NCBI GenBank assembly: GCA_950097015.1
Contig: CATNEN010000001.1
Location: forward strand, 14,384,001 to 14,448,000
DNA from: Macrostomum hystrix
Lineage: Eukaryota; Animalia; Platyhelminthes
Length of the DNA: 64,000 nucleotides
Direction: 5' to 3'
The position numbers and the translations under genes are program-made. Numbering within the stretch: the first letter of the stretch is position 1; the number at the start of each line of letters is the position of its first letter. Below, in pieces: positions 42,700 through 56,024 of this stretch. Under the pieces are notes generated by a model that was given only the letters and a program-made list of their open reading frames with translations, ran no database searches and was not told the DNA's origin.

Positions 42700-43310
42700 G
42701 GGAGATTGGGCGAGGGAGAGAGGAGAGATTGGGCGAGGGAGAGAGGAGAGATTGGGCGAGGGAGAGAGGAGAGATTGGGTGAGGGAGAGAGGAGAGATTG
42801 GGTGAGGGAGAGAGGAGAGATTGGGCGAGGGAGAGAGGAGAGATTGGGTGAGGGAGAGAGGAGAGATTGGGCGAGGGAGAGAGGAGAGATTGGGTGAGGG
42901 GGAGAGGGGAGATTGGGTGAGGGAGAGAGGGAGATTGGGTGAGGGAGAGAGGGGAGATTGGGTGAGGGAGAGAGGAGAGATTGGGTGAGGGAGAGAGGGG
43001 AGATTGGGTGAGGGAGAGAGGGGAGATTGGGTGAGGGGGAGAGGGGAGATTGGGTGAGGGAGAGAGGGAGATTGGGTGAGGGAGAGAGGGGAGATTGGGT
43101 GAGGGAGAGAGGAGAGATTGGGTGAGGGGGAGAGGGGAGATTGGGTGAGGGAGAGAGGGGAGATTGGGTGAGGGAGAGAGGGGAGATTGGGTGAGGGGGA
43201 GAGGGGAGATTGGGTGAGGGAGAGAGGGAGATTGGGTGAGGGAGAGAGGGGAGATTGGGTGAGGGAGAGAGGGGAGATTAGTTGAGGGAGAGAGGGGAGA
43301 TTGGGGAGGA
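42700..43310. repeat. 23-bp purine-rich minisatellite (GGGAGAGAGGAGAGATTGGGTGA)n
   Basis: Direct inspection. Confidence 0.95.
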
Positions 43311-44083
43311 AGACTGAGGAAATGGGAGAAATTGAGAGGAGAGATCGATGTAGGGGAGATTGATAGAGCAATATTTTGTGGGCATTCTGGGAGAGAAACG
43401 CAAAGGAAGAGAAATTATCGGGAAATCATTAAGTAAAATAAGTAGGGCAATTTTTAGATGGCAAGGAGGAGTCGTATCTGTGAGAAGTCTTATTCATGAC
43501 TTGCAGAGAGACTTCAAACAATGCCTTTTTATTATTCGCGTTCGCTTAGAAATCTGGGAGCGAAATTGTCATTTTGGGGCTATAGGAAGAGGACCCTTCG
43601 TGGGCCTTAACACACACACACACACACACACACAAATGACTTGGCAGGGGAGGCAGATGATAGATCGAACAAAGACCTGATGACCTTGAGAGAATTTATT
43701 AAGGCTCCAGTCAGTCCAATGTACCACATTGAATAACAATAGCTGGGTCATTCGGGGGCCGCATGCTTTTGTGAAGTGGTTGGGGAGGGCACAAAGGGAT
43801 GAAGGGATTGCTGGGGCCTAGCTGAGTCATCGCTGGATTCTTTTTCCCACAGTGCTGTCGAACCACTAAATTTTTGGGGGTGGGAAGGCTTTGGGGTTGC
43901 CTAGAAAGCACAGAGAAGCGCGAATGGGACGATGATTCAACGATCGGCATTGGCAGAGCCCTGGGTGCACAACCCCAACCCTCCACAGGCCCTTGTCGGC
44001 CATATTGGAAAATATAACTTTGGGCCCACCTTAGTCCCGAGTGCCAGAATTCAGCTCGGAGGAGACCGGATTCCAAATCTAGA

Positions 44084-47000
44084 ATGTCCGACGAAACCGC
44101 TGCCGCCGCCGCTGCCGCCGAGGTGACAACGGAACAGCCGCAACCAGCCAAGACCGAGGAGACCGCAGCCGCGTCAACCTCAGCCGAGGGCGCCGCTACC
44201 GCCACGGAGGACGCGAAAGCGAAGGAGAAGGAGGAGAAGGAACGACTCAAGAAGGAGAAGGAGGAGCAGAAGAAGCGCGAGGCCGAGGAGAAGAGGCGCA
44301 AAAAGGAGGAAGAAAAGAAGGCCAAGGAGGAGGCCAGGGCGAAGGCCAAAGCAGAAGCTTCCACGGAGAGAAAGCCCTGCTGGCTGACAGACAAGACTGG
44401 CATGGATCTGCTGAATCGGGACAAGAACCAGATCAACAGCCACATCAATGTGAGTTCTGTTTAAATCGAATCACCAACCAGTAGTCATGTCCCACCATGC
44501 TTTACAATCTGTTATATTTATTGTTTTCAAACTTTTCCTAGGCCTACGTTTATTTAGATTTTCTTCGTTCCGCGCGCTTGTAGGCTCGAGCTAGCGATCT
44601 GTCTTAGCATCTAAAATGCTAAATTGTCCAGTTTTTTTACTAAATCAAACTCGGTAGATCCCTGGCCTTTCCACTGCACAAATAGCTCCATCCTTCGGGT
44701 TAACCGCAACCCACCTGTGCCTGTGCTGACTAATCCAGTATCCAGCGGTTCTTGTTCAAAGGCCAAATGCCAACATTCAACAACAAGCTCGCTTCTGGTG
44801 GGGCTTAGTCATCAAAATCATCCAGCTAGTGGCGCCTACATTAGGGAACAGATTCTGGGTTCTGAGAGATTGTGGCAGCAGATTTTAAACATTCACGAAG
44901 GGTATTTTTCTCCATCTTATTTGCCTCTCTCTGTGGTTGCTTTCGACGAAACAAATAATATATACTACTTATCCAGCCTTACTACTGTCAGTAGCTATTA
45001 CTGCGAAATTAGGCAGCTAATTTCGTCCTTAGCAAGCCAAAATAAGTTGCTAAATGCCTAGGAAACACTCAGTTTATAAGCTATCATATTCGAGTCCTTT
45101 CGTAGCGAACCTCAACCACTGCCAATGTCTAACTAACTTCCGCTGTCGCCTATACTTTAACTTTGCGCTGCTAATCAAATTAAAAGCTTTATAAAAACAT
45201 GATTTCTCTAATTAGGCCCTAGCTGCATTAGAGGGTCACAATCTAAACCTGAATATCACTATTTTGCTAATTATAGACACACCTTCAATAGCTGCATCCA
45301 TCCACTGTACTAAGCTAGACCTAGTTTCTTTTTCGTTTCTAATTTTCAATTCATCATAACTTATCTTGGATAATATTGAATTGACCCTAGGCCCCTATTA
45401 TGGCTCAGGATTTTGCTTACAAGCCAAATTATCATAAAACAAAATTAAACAAATTATTTATTAGCTCGTAGATTAAAAGATAAGGGCATTTATTCGGACA
45501 CACGATTTCTAATTAGGGAGAAAAAATTCAGAGCTTTGTTAATTATTCATCAATTAATTTGAGTTTAACCATCCTTAAGCAGCTTTATCTGGCTAGCTAT
45601 CTGTAACTCTCACAGACTGTCTCTGCCCTTCTGAAACTCTCACCCACTGTCTCTGCCCTTCTGAAACTCTCACCCACTGTCTCTTCCCTTCTGAAACTCT
45701 CACCCACTGTCTCTTCCCTTCTGAAACTCTCACCCACTGTCTCTGCCCTTCTGAAACTCTCACCCACTGTCTCTTCCCTTCTGAAACTCTCACCGACTGT
45801 CTCTGCCCTTCTGAAACTCTCACCCACTGTCTCTTCCCTTCTGAAACTCTCACCCACTGTCTCTTCCCTTCTGAAACTCTCACCGACTGTCTCTGCCCTT
45901 CTGAAACTCTCACCCACTGTCTCTTCCCTTCTGAAACTCTCACCCACTGTCTCTTCCCTTCTGTAACTCTCACCCACTGTCTCTTCCCTTCTGAAACTCT
46001 CACCCACTGTCTCTTCCCTTCTGAAACTCTCACCGACTGTCTCTGCCCTTCTGAAACTCTCACCCACTGTCTCTTCCCTTCTGAAACTCTCACCCACTGT
46101 CTCTGCCCTTCTGAAACTCTCACCCACTGTCTCTTCCCTTCTGAAACTCTCACCGACTGTCTCTGCCCTTCTGAAACTCTCACCCACTGTCTCTTCCCTT
46201 CTGAAACTCTCACCCACTGTCTCTTCCCTTCTGAAACTCTCACCGACTGTCTCTGCCCTTCTGAAACTCTCACCCACTGTCTCTTCCCTTCTGAAACTCT
46301 CACCCACTGTCTCTTCCCTTCTGTAACTCTCACCCACTGTCTCTGCCCTTCTGAAACTCTCACCCACTGTCTCTTCCCTTCTGAAACTCTCACCCACTGT
46401 CTCTTCCCTTCTGTAACTCTCACCCACTGTCTCTGCCCTTCTGTAACTCTCACCCACTGTCTCTTCCCTTCTGTAACTCTCACCCACTGTCTCTGCCCTT
46501 CTGAAACTCTCACCCACTGTCTCTGCCCTTCTGTAACTCTCACCCACTGTCTCTTCCCTTCTGAAACTCTCACCCACTGTCTCTTCCCTTCTGAAACTCT
46601 CACCCACTGTCTCTTCCCTTCTGAAACTCTCACCCACTGTCTCTTCCCTTCTGTAACTCTCACCGACTGTCTCTGCCCTTCTGTAACTCTCACCGACTGT
46701 CTCTGCCCTTCTGTAACTCTCACCGACTGTCTCTGCCCTTCTGTAACTCTCACCCACTGTCTCTGCCCTTCTGTAACTCTCACCCACTGTCTCTTCCCTT
46801 CTGAAACTCTCACCCACTGTCTCTTCCCTTCTGAAACTCTCACCCACTGTCTCTTCCCTTCTGAAACTCTCACCCACTGTCTCTTCCCTTCTGTAACTCT
46901 CACCGACTGTCTCTGCCCTTCTGTAACTCTCACCGACTGTCTCTGCCCTTCTGTAACTCTCACCGACTGTCTCTGCCCTTCTGTAACTCTCACCGACTGT

Positions 47001-50000
47001 CTCTGCCCTTCTGTAACTCTCACCCACTGTCTCTTCCCTTCTGAAACTCTCACCCACTGTCTCTTCCCTTCTGAAACTCTCACCCACTGTCTCTGCCCTT
47101 CTGTAACTCTCACCCACTGTCTCTTCCCTTCTGAAACTCTCACCCACTGTCTCTGCCCTTCTGTAACTCTCACCCACTGTCTCTTCCCTTCTGTAACTCT
47201 CACCCACTGTCTCTGCCCTTCTGTAACTCTCACCGACTGTCTCTGCCCTTCTGTAACTCTCACCGACTGTCTCTGCCCTTCTGTAACTCTCACCCACTGT
47301 CTCTTCCCTTCTGAAACTCTCACCCACTGTCTCTTCCCTTCTGAAACTCTCACCCACTGTCTCTGCCCTTCTGTAACTCTCACCCACTGTCTCTTCCCTT
47401 CTGAAACTCTCACCCACTGTCTCTTCCCTTCTGAAACTCTCACCCACTGTCTCTTCCCTTCTGAAACTCTCACCCACTGTCTCTGCCCTTCTGTAACTCT
47501 CACCCACTGTCTCTTCCCTTCTGTAACTCTCACCCACTGTCTCTGCCCTTCTGTAACTCTCACCCACTGTCTCTTCCCTTCTGAAACTCTCACCCACTGT
47601 CTCTTCCCTTCTGAAACTCTCACCCACTGTCTCTGCCCTTCTGAAACTCTCACACACTGAATATCTTTCCACTCCATTATGTATAGTGCTATACAGCAGA
47701 AATTCCGTGCACTTTTAGTTCAATCATCAATAGGAGCGTTTGGGACCGGACGGTGTAGTATTCAGTGCTGTATTTCGTGCCTAGTATGCAGATGGAAGAG
47801 AGATTTCTGGCACACCCTAAAACTAAACGGTATTTCAGGCAATTCCCCTGTGCACTTCAGTGCCTAACCGTGTTCGAAGCTGGTGTTCTACCGCTGGGAT
47901 CTGGGACGACGGAAAGAACTGGCTTAGCTGCCTCGGGACGAGAGATTGGGAGCGAAAAAAATGTTTTTTTCTACCCTGGAGGCGGATAGGCGGCGTATAG
48001 ATGTGTGGACTGGGTGCAGAGTGCACGGAAGGCATGCAGTAGAGAAGGATTCGATAGAGAGCAAGAAAAGACTAGAGCGAGACGAACCCAAATTGACATC
48101 CTCATGTGACCTCGGCCACCAGCCAGCCTACTGATTTCGGTCCCAACCAATGGCAGCAGTTCAGCATTGGAGTGCCTCTCACACCCTGTATAACAGCACC
48201 CTGGATTTAGCATTCTTAGCTGAAAAAGTTCAACGAGAAGGCAGCATTCTTCGATGCTTAGGACGAATTTTAAAAGAACTCTGCGCGTCTTTCGCTTGGT
48301 TCAATGTCGCAAGCTGGCAATAAAACCGGAGATTCTGTGATGCCCGCCGATACGTCCAGCGAAGCTCATCTCCGGGCCGAGGGTGAAGCCTCGACCTCTG
48401 AGCAGCAACCAGGAGACGAGGTCGACGTCTTAGACGAGAATTCCGGGCAAAAGAAGGCGGGCAGGATCAGAATTCCAAAGGCGCCCAAGGTGGCGGGCAG
48501 GCGAGTCACACTCGAACGAAACAAAGATTTCGACAACCACATGGACGTGGTTGACCGCGATCCAAACTCACTCAATGTGCACTGCAAGGTTTGAGAACAC
48601 TTCTCTGAGCTGCATTCTTGCCTGAGAATCTATACGTCCCTACTGTGTTGAGATGCTACATCGAAAAATGTTATTATTATTTATTAATAATAATAAAATT
48701 TAAAGGAGGGCTGTTAGCAATTCTGCCCATTTCGCTGACTCCTGAGCACGGACAGGCACAGATACTGTACGCAGGCACACGCTCACACAAGTGTGTACAT
48801 CTGCCCTGACTTCCTTGTGCCTTGGAGGTTGCCCTGAAGGGCGTGAATTGAACGACAAGCTCCCAAGCCTTCTCATTGTGGCTGCGCCCGAAATGAATGT
48901 GGCCTCGCGGCGGAATCGAGCTCAGGGACCTTGATGCAAGAGGCAAACGCGTTAACCGCTCTGCCACCGACCGGCTGTATACAAAACATGCACTTTAGCG
49001 CGACCATGATTGGCTGAGTGCCTCTAGGCATTAAACGGAAAATCAGAACCAATCTTGTTAGGGTGTAGCTTAGCTGGCAACCCAGCGATAAGATTAGAGC
49101 CGAACCAGATGGCAATTTTACTGAGTGTTGACTGTTCTCGTCTCAGTGGAGATCTCATTTTAGTCCAATCAACTGTGATCCTTTTCAATCATTGCGCGTA
49201 TTTTTTGAGTGTCCCAGGAATTTCACAATTTCGCGACCAAATCGACTAGTCTAGGCTGAAACGGCTTTTATGCCATGCCAACGCGTGCTCATATATTATT
49301 CATGATGTTTTCCCACTTGAACTGGTCTCGAGATCATTAGTGGCTGCAATATTTTGGAGTGCGCTTTTGCTGTAAATACGTCTAGGATGCCTATATTCAG
49401 TTTAGCTTGTCAGAAATTCAATTTAAATTCAATAATCCCCATCCCACCTTCCCAACTCGTCTAACCAATCCAAATTTCACCTTTCCACTTTGCTTGTTTG
49501 TGTGGCAGTTTCTTTTCTTTCCTGAGGTTTTCTGAGGATAAGTCTCGACGGACATTTTCTGGGGCTGCTTTTTCAACAAGCAAAGAAGCTCTATTCCTAC
49601 ACTGCCACCAATAAAGTAATCAATTTTGCTCCTCTGTAGGGAGAACTGAAGTACATTCACCACATCAGTATAGTACTTCCATCCATGTAGCCTAAAATCT
49701 ATTTACAAAAACCGTAAATTTTAGATTCAGCGAACGATGAGTTATCCCGTGTCACTGTAGTAGAGACCGAACCTAGGAAATTCAGAAAATGACGTTCTTT
49801 AGGCTCTTTGCTGCAATCGTGATATAGATTAGATCATCTTTTATCTTATCATTTTATGTCCTCTGTTAGATCCGTACTATTGTTCAATCTAAATCAAACT
49901 GAAATTCAAATTTGGCAGGTTCAATTCGAGGACATCATCGCCGAGCCCGACCCAACTGTCTTCAGTTTTGACAACGTCTGGACCTGTAGCTTTAAGGTGA

Positions 50001-50556
50001 GTTGCGAACGTTCTTAATGATAGCTTTTGTGGCTGGCGTATTTTAGGAGTATTATTGTAGCTACACGATCACAATAATAATACACCTGCCTCAATCGGGC
50101 TACATCGACAGCACAGCCGCAGCTATTGCGTGGCACATCTGAAAGCTGCGTACGGCTGTTCAGTCCTCGGACTGGGGGGCAACACATCTACCGTCACTCC
50201 ACTTAACAGAAATGCGGAGTTTAGTGTCTTGCTTTTCAGTGCATTAAAGAATCGAACCCCGAACCTTGATTTTCGTCCTACAATCGCAGGTGTTCACCTC
50301 CACCAAGCTGTGGTGTTACCGCATCATCTCGCTATTCTGCGCTGTACCTGCAGCCATCTGCTGGGGCATCGAGTTCGCCCTGCTGTCCTTCTGCACCATC
50401 TGGTGCTGGCAGCCCAACCTGAAGGCGTTCGATATCTCGCTGTGGTACACTCGCCGCATCTACGAGATCCTGCTGAAGGTGTTCGTGGAGCCCTGCTTCC
50501 ACGCCATTGGCAAGTGCCTGAGCCACGTTGTGGTTACTGTGAGGCGCGAGCCCTGA
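44084..50556 (+). CDS. Caveolin 1, long-N-terminus isoform (exons 44084-44449, 49919-49996, 50290-50556)
   Basis: First exon ends DLLNRDKNQINSHIN|gtgagt (phase 0); exon 2 VQFEDIIAEPD (caveolin signature); exon 3 hydrophobic hairpin. Joining to exon 2 is inferred. Confidence 0.7.
45601..47660. repeat. 30-bp minisatellite CTG(A/T)AACTCTCACC(C/G)ACTGTCTCT(T/G)CCCTT, ~68 units
   Basis: Exact 30-bp period with three diallelic positions. Confidence 0.97.
48304..50556 (+). CDS. Caveolin 1, proximal first-exon isoform (48304-48588, 49919-49996, 50290-50556)
   Basis: DVVDRDPNSLNVHCK|gt, FEDIIAEP, KLWCYRIISL.. Confidence 0.88.
48682..48974 (-). mobile_element. SINE copy (reverse) in caveolin intron
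   Basis: CAATTCTGCCCATTTCGCTGACTCC..GAATCGAGCTCAGGGACC..ACCGCTCTGCCA; (AAT)n tail. Confidence 0.85.
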
Positions 50557-53132
50557 AATGTGCGTACAGCCTTCTTGGATCGATATAAGATTTAAATTGG
50601 TGCCAGAAAGCTTCGTTGGCAAGTAACTTGGCGTCAGTTTAGATTTTATATCTTTTCAGGAGGTTTTAGGCACACTTTTTCTTCATTAATTCTGTTGCAG
50701 GAAAAAGCAGAAATGACTAATTTTTTGCGAAAAAATACTAAAAATCAGCACTCTTGTGCGTAACTTTGTGTATGTTAATTGTATTATTTAACGCTATATT
50801 AAACCAGGAAATATGTATTGTTTCATCTTGAAGCATTAAGGCCCAAATTTTCCCTGAAATCCCCATTGTATATGAATAAGTCGCTTACAATTATTTTTTC
50901 CCGGCCTTTGTGTCAGCAACTTGCAACAACCAGGTTTTAAAACAAAAAATTTTTGTAGTTCAGTATAAATTTCCGCTAGCTTGCCTTTCTAAAATGTTTT
51001 ATCACGCATGCTTAGATTTAATTTAACCAAAGCTTTAACAAAAAATACATATATGCATGACAGCTTGTAAAAAACTCCAGTAATTCTATTAAATTTAAAT
51101 TCCAACAAGGTAAAGGTAGATTCATTTTTAGTGCAAAACTTTTTTGTTTGTTATGAAAATTTATATTCATAATCTTGCCACCCACTTTTCCATTAGTAAG
51201 AAACGTGTATTAAAGTGCTATGATCACAGAAATTACTTTAAACTGTACTCTAACATATTCTACTAATGACTAATTTGTATAATGTAATACGCTCGTATTA
51301 ATCAAAGTAACCAAGACAGCAAAGCATATATATATTCTTCTATTTTAGATCTTAATTTAAATCCATTAAATATGGCTTTAAATCTTAACCTGTTTTTTTC
51401 TTGGAAAGCGATTTTTGTTAAGTGTTTTTTATCTTTGATTTCGGGCTGACTAAAATATTTGTTATTTACAATTAAATGCTTCCGGTACAAATGAATGCAA
51501 CGATCTATATTGCTTCTATCTACCATATTTATAACGCATAGAAACATTGTCGACAACTTGAAAGTAACCCATCCAATTATAAACCAGGTCAAACTAAAGA
51601 TATCTCATCATCATTTTCTCGTATTTCGTATTGAAATAAAACTTTCGTTCTTTTTTAATAAATGGCGATAAACTAAAAAAACTTTACTGTTGTCGTTGTA
51701 GTCTCATACTATCATAAAAGTGTTACGACGTAATGTTTGACGCTGTTAATTATTTTTTCTTATTGCAAAATTAGTTTTTTAGTAAGCGGTAAAACGCTTG
51801 CGTCACGGACGCAAATCAAGAGTCAATGTAGAATTTTTTAAGGTAAATCCACGTAAATTATGTGTACAGCGCGTAAGTGTCTAGAAATAAATAAATGAAT
51901 TCCTAGAAGCCTTAGATTCCATTAATCAAGCTCAAATTCCTATAAATAAGGCGTTACTTCCAAGAAACGGCAGCTCCTAAACAAAGAGACAATAGTTTAT
52001 AAAAAAGCAGTTTCTAGAAAATAATGGTTCTTATGCGAGCGTAAATGAATTGCGTTATTCTTCATAAAGGCAACGCAAAAATGGTCGCATTAGCAATGCT
52101 CTACTTAAAGTAGATTTAGACCAAACGCAATGTTCAACACGGGAATTCCACCACTTATAGTTCTATTCCTTCTAAGAAACCTATTATTTTAATAAAAGTA
52201 AACTTTTGTTTGTCACAAAATTCGCAATCTGAAGAGCCTTTCGGGTCACTCAGTCAGCCTCAGCCTATAGAGGCAAAATTTATTTTAAGTGTTATCATTG
52301 AGAGCGGGTGTCTATATAATATAAATTTTTTACAATCCAAAGCAATTTCCACGCACTGCTAGGACGAAAAATTTTATTCGACCCCTCAACAATGCTTTGC
52401 ATTTACATTGTTAGTGCGCTGTACGAGCGTACGTTAACCCATACAGAGCTCCCTTAGTGCGGAGAGTACGTGGAGAAAACTAATGGATAACTTCAGTATA
52501 ATTAAAATCGATTGTTGTCCTTTTGTTGCATCAGAAAACTGAATGCTGAATTCGAAAATTTTTTCAGCTCTGAACTAAAACAAAACATGCGAAAATATTT
52601 TTTATGAAACGGAAGTTATAAGTGGTTTTCTCAAAGTAGGGCATCCCAATAGAAGTTATCTCTTTCGTTTTTACATTCATGGCTCCATGGCCAACGATGA
52701 GAGAATAAACAAAATGATTTCACCTCATGGTCGAGTCTGGGCAACACAATCAGTGACGAATGAAGCAAAAATTGTTAAGAAAGCTCGGCAGGGCTTCCAC
52801 GGTGGCATTGTCTCTGGATTGTATTATAAATTATCTTTTATTCCACTATTATCTCTCTTTTCTGTCTGCCCTTTGCCCCCTAGCTGCTATCCATGCTATT
52901 AGCATGGAGCAGAATATTTCTCAGAACAGTCAGAAAAGCACTGAATGAAGATGCGGAATAATTTCAAAAACTACGATAGAAATGAGACACACCGAAGTGG
53001 AAACGCGAATACGCCTGCCTATAAGTTATACTGCAGCTTTGGTCTTCCATAAAAGGCTTTTTGAAAGTAAATTGAGAGCAAACAGCGCCAGTTTGTCAAG
53101 TATCTGTTCATTTCTGCTCTGCGCCTGAAGTA

Positions 53133-54185
53133 ATGCAGGGAGAAGAGTACGAGGTAGTCCAGGAGCCAGTCGCCGTGTCGCAGTCTGACGTCGAGGTGAA
53201 GCCTAAGAAGAAGTCGGCGGAGGTTGTTGTCGATTTGATAAACCGAGACCCTGGAGAAATCAATAAGCATATCAAGGTGAAGGCTTCAACCTTGTGTGGT
53301 ACACGAGCATGTTAAATTATTTTGGATATTTTACAAAGTACCTATTCTTTAACTCATTTCGAACTAAGGTTAAATTTGAGGACGTCATCGCTGAGCCAGA
53401 CCCTACAGTGTTTAGCTTCGACAATGTGTGGATTTGCAGCAACCAGGTACAGCAGTAATTAAGCTATTGCACTTTAACAAAGGGCTGCGAATTTGGTGAC
53501 ACTAGACCCGCAGCCAGCGAGGAGGCAATTCTGCCCATTCCACTGACTCCTGAAAGCACACACGCACACAAATACCGTATGCAGGCATACGCTCACACAG
53601 GTGTGTACATCCGTCTTTCTGTTTTTTCTGGCTTTCTCATCGTCAGACAGTGTACACTTTCACGGTTGGCCCTCAAGGGCGTAAATGGCACGACAAGCCC
53701 CCAGCCTTCTCTCCGCGGCTGCGCCCAAATAAATGTGGCCTCGCCGCGGAATCGAACTTTAGGGACCGTGGTGTGAGAGGCAAACGCGGTAGACCGCTAT
53801 CCCACTGACCGCGTACGCTCTTATACTAGATACCAACTGTTGAAGAGGGCTTTTACTTGCAGACTATACTTGTGTGCTAGCCTGTGTACTTCTATTCATA
53901 ATCAAAATCCCAAAACCGCAGGTGTTTAACTCCACCAAGCTGTGGTGCTACCGCATCACCTCGCTGATCTGCGCTGTACCCGCCGCCATCTGCTGGGGCA
54001 TCGAGTTCGCCCTGCTGTCCTTCTGCACCATCTGGTGCTGGCAGCCCAGCCTGAAGGCGTTCGACATCTCGCTGTGGTACACTCACCGCATCTACGAGAT
54101 CCTGCTGAAGGTGTTCGTGGAGCCCTGCTTCCACGCCATTGGCAAGTGCCTGAGCCACGTGGTTGTTACTGTGAAGCAAGGTTAA
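53133..54185 (+). CDS. Caveolin 2 (exons 53133-53276, 53369-53446, 53922-54185)
   Basis: DLINRDPGEINKHIK|VKFEDVIAEPD..|VFNSTKLWCYR; all introns phase 0. Confidence 0.92.
53482..53811 (-). mobile_element. SINE copy (reverse) in caveolin 2 intron
   Basis: Reverse complement of the full SINE body. Confidence 0.85.
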
Positions 54186-56024
54186 ATTAGAATTTGTTTG
54201 AATTTTAATAATGACAAATAGTTCAATAGCAAATTCTTGGAATGCACTCGAGAGTCCTTCAGCTGGTCAGATTTTTTTGCACGCAGAACAAATAAAAGCT
54301 TTTAGTTTTCATTTTGGTGTTTTTTGATCGGCTAGTGACACTGAATACTGAATTATACCTCAATTGATGTATATTAGGTATTAGATATATTCTATATACT
54401 GTACGAGTATTAATAGTGTAATTATTAAACTACGAAGGATCAAATATTACAGTGCATAAATGGATCCTGTAACGTTAGTTGTACCGAAATTTGTTTTATC
54501 ATAATCTCGGATGCTTAATCTGTTATCGATCCTTTTTTAGTAATTCTATTTACAAATCACCATAAAATTGTTTGAAGTGAGTATTGTTCTTTTAAGAAGA
54601 TGCGCGTGTTCGTGTACTCGTTTGTTATGCACAGTAAAATTCTAAAATATATTAGACTACTCTTTCATTCATATATATTATAAACTGATTTAATGTAGTT
54701 ATCTTAACTAAATACAAAAAAATTACGATGGGAAATTGCTCATTTGTTTAAATTTGGTTGCATGTTAAATACAAAACAAATATAATATAATGCAATGGTT
54801 ATAAAGAGATACTATAGATGAAACTTCAACAGCTTGTTTTGATCTTCAATTATGAAATACACAAGTTTCTTTATTATTGCAGCTTTCCGGTATTCCAGCA
54901 GTAAAACATATTTTTTTGTTTTAAGTTTTTTATTTTTTCATTATAGCATTAAAATAAACAAATTATCTGAAGATGAAATTAAGTAATTATAATAAAATGT
55001 TATTTAAAGAATTAATTATATTTTTAAGGCGTCCTCAACTCCGAGATTTGACATATTATTATATTATGATTTTCTCCGAATTTATTTTGATAATCGGAGC
55101 CTCGTAGACAAGATGCTAGTGCACACCCAGAAGCACATAATTTTTGTGTATGTTTAGTCCCTGCATTCCAGAAATAAAATATATTTTTATCTATCGTACA
55201 TATCTAGTTAGTTTTATGTTTTAAGAAGTCTATTGAAAGAAAGTAAATTAATTCTGAGTTTTAGACACAACGGAAAACTAAGAATTATAGCGAAGTCAAA
55301 AAAATTCTACTCAATTTTTTCCATGTCTATTTGTTGAAAAAGAAACATTAAACTGCTCTTTCGCAGTTTCTGTTTAACATTTGATACTTTTTAAAACGCG
55401 AAACCTTTGTGGATTGTGTAATATATAGTTTTATTAACTGACACTTAATTAGATTAAAAAGCGATGCACAAAAAATGCAAATGAAAATCTTTTCTTATGA
55501 TAGTTTTCTTTTAAATATTATCATATAATTTTATTGCTTTGTTATTTAAGAGCATTTTGAAATACATATACTTCATTATATCTATCTGACGCTAGCTTGT
55601 AAATATGTATTTATTGTTATGTAAACAATAGCTGTATCCAAATTGTTAGTGAACATTATATTTTTTGCATAAAAACTCAAAATAATTTCACAGATTTAAG
55701 CAAATATTTATATTTTTCTACTGATAATAAATAAAAATGTTTCTTTTTTTCAGACAACTCTTTACAATTTTAAAATTAGGCCACCCATGTGAAGGTTTAA
55801 GCAAGTTTTTGGCTATAGGACAATCTAAAAACGAAATAACTTGACTAATAAAATGCACAACTGGCCGTTTTCAACTTCGACTAAGTCCGAGGATCAGTTT
55901 GCTGATAATTACCCAGTCCAACTGTTGTAAGTGTTTAAAAAACTGTTTTGTTGTACATTTTAAGAAGTAAGTGTATTAATAACCTCCCTTATTTAACTTT
56001 TTTTTAAATAAAAAAACTCCTCAG

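Noticed and set aside
42601-43371. 256-aa Pro/Ser/Leu-rich ORF
   Set aside because: Reverse frame of a 23-bp purine-rich minisatellite
45593-47677. 694-aa and 691-aa repetitive ORFs
   Set aside because: Stop-free frames of a 30-bp minisatellite, antisense within a caveolin intron
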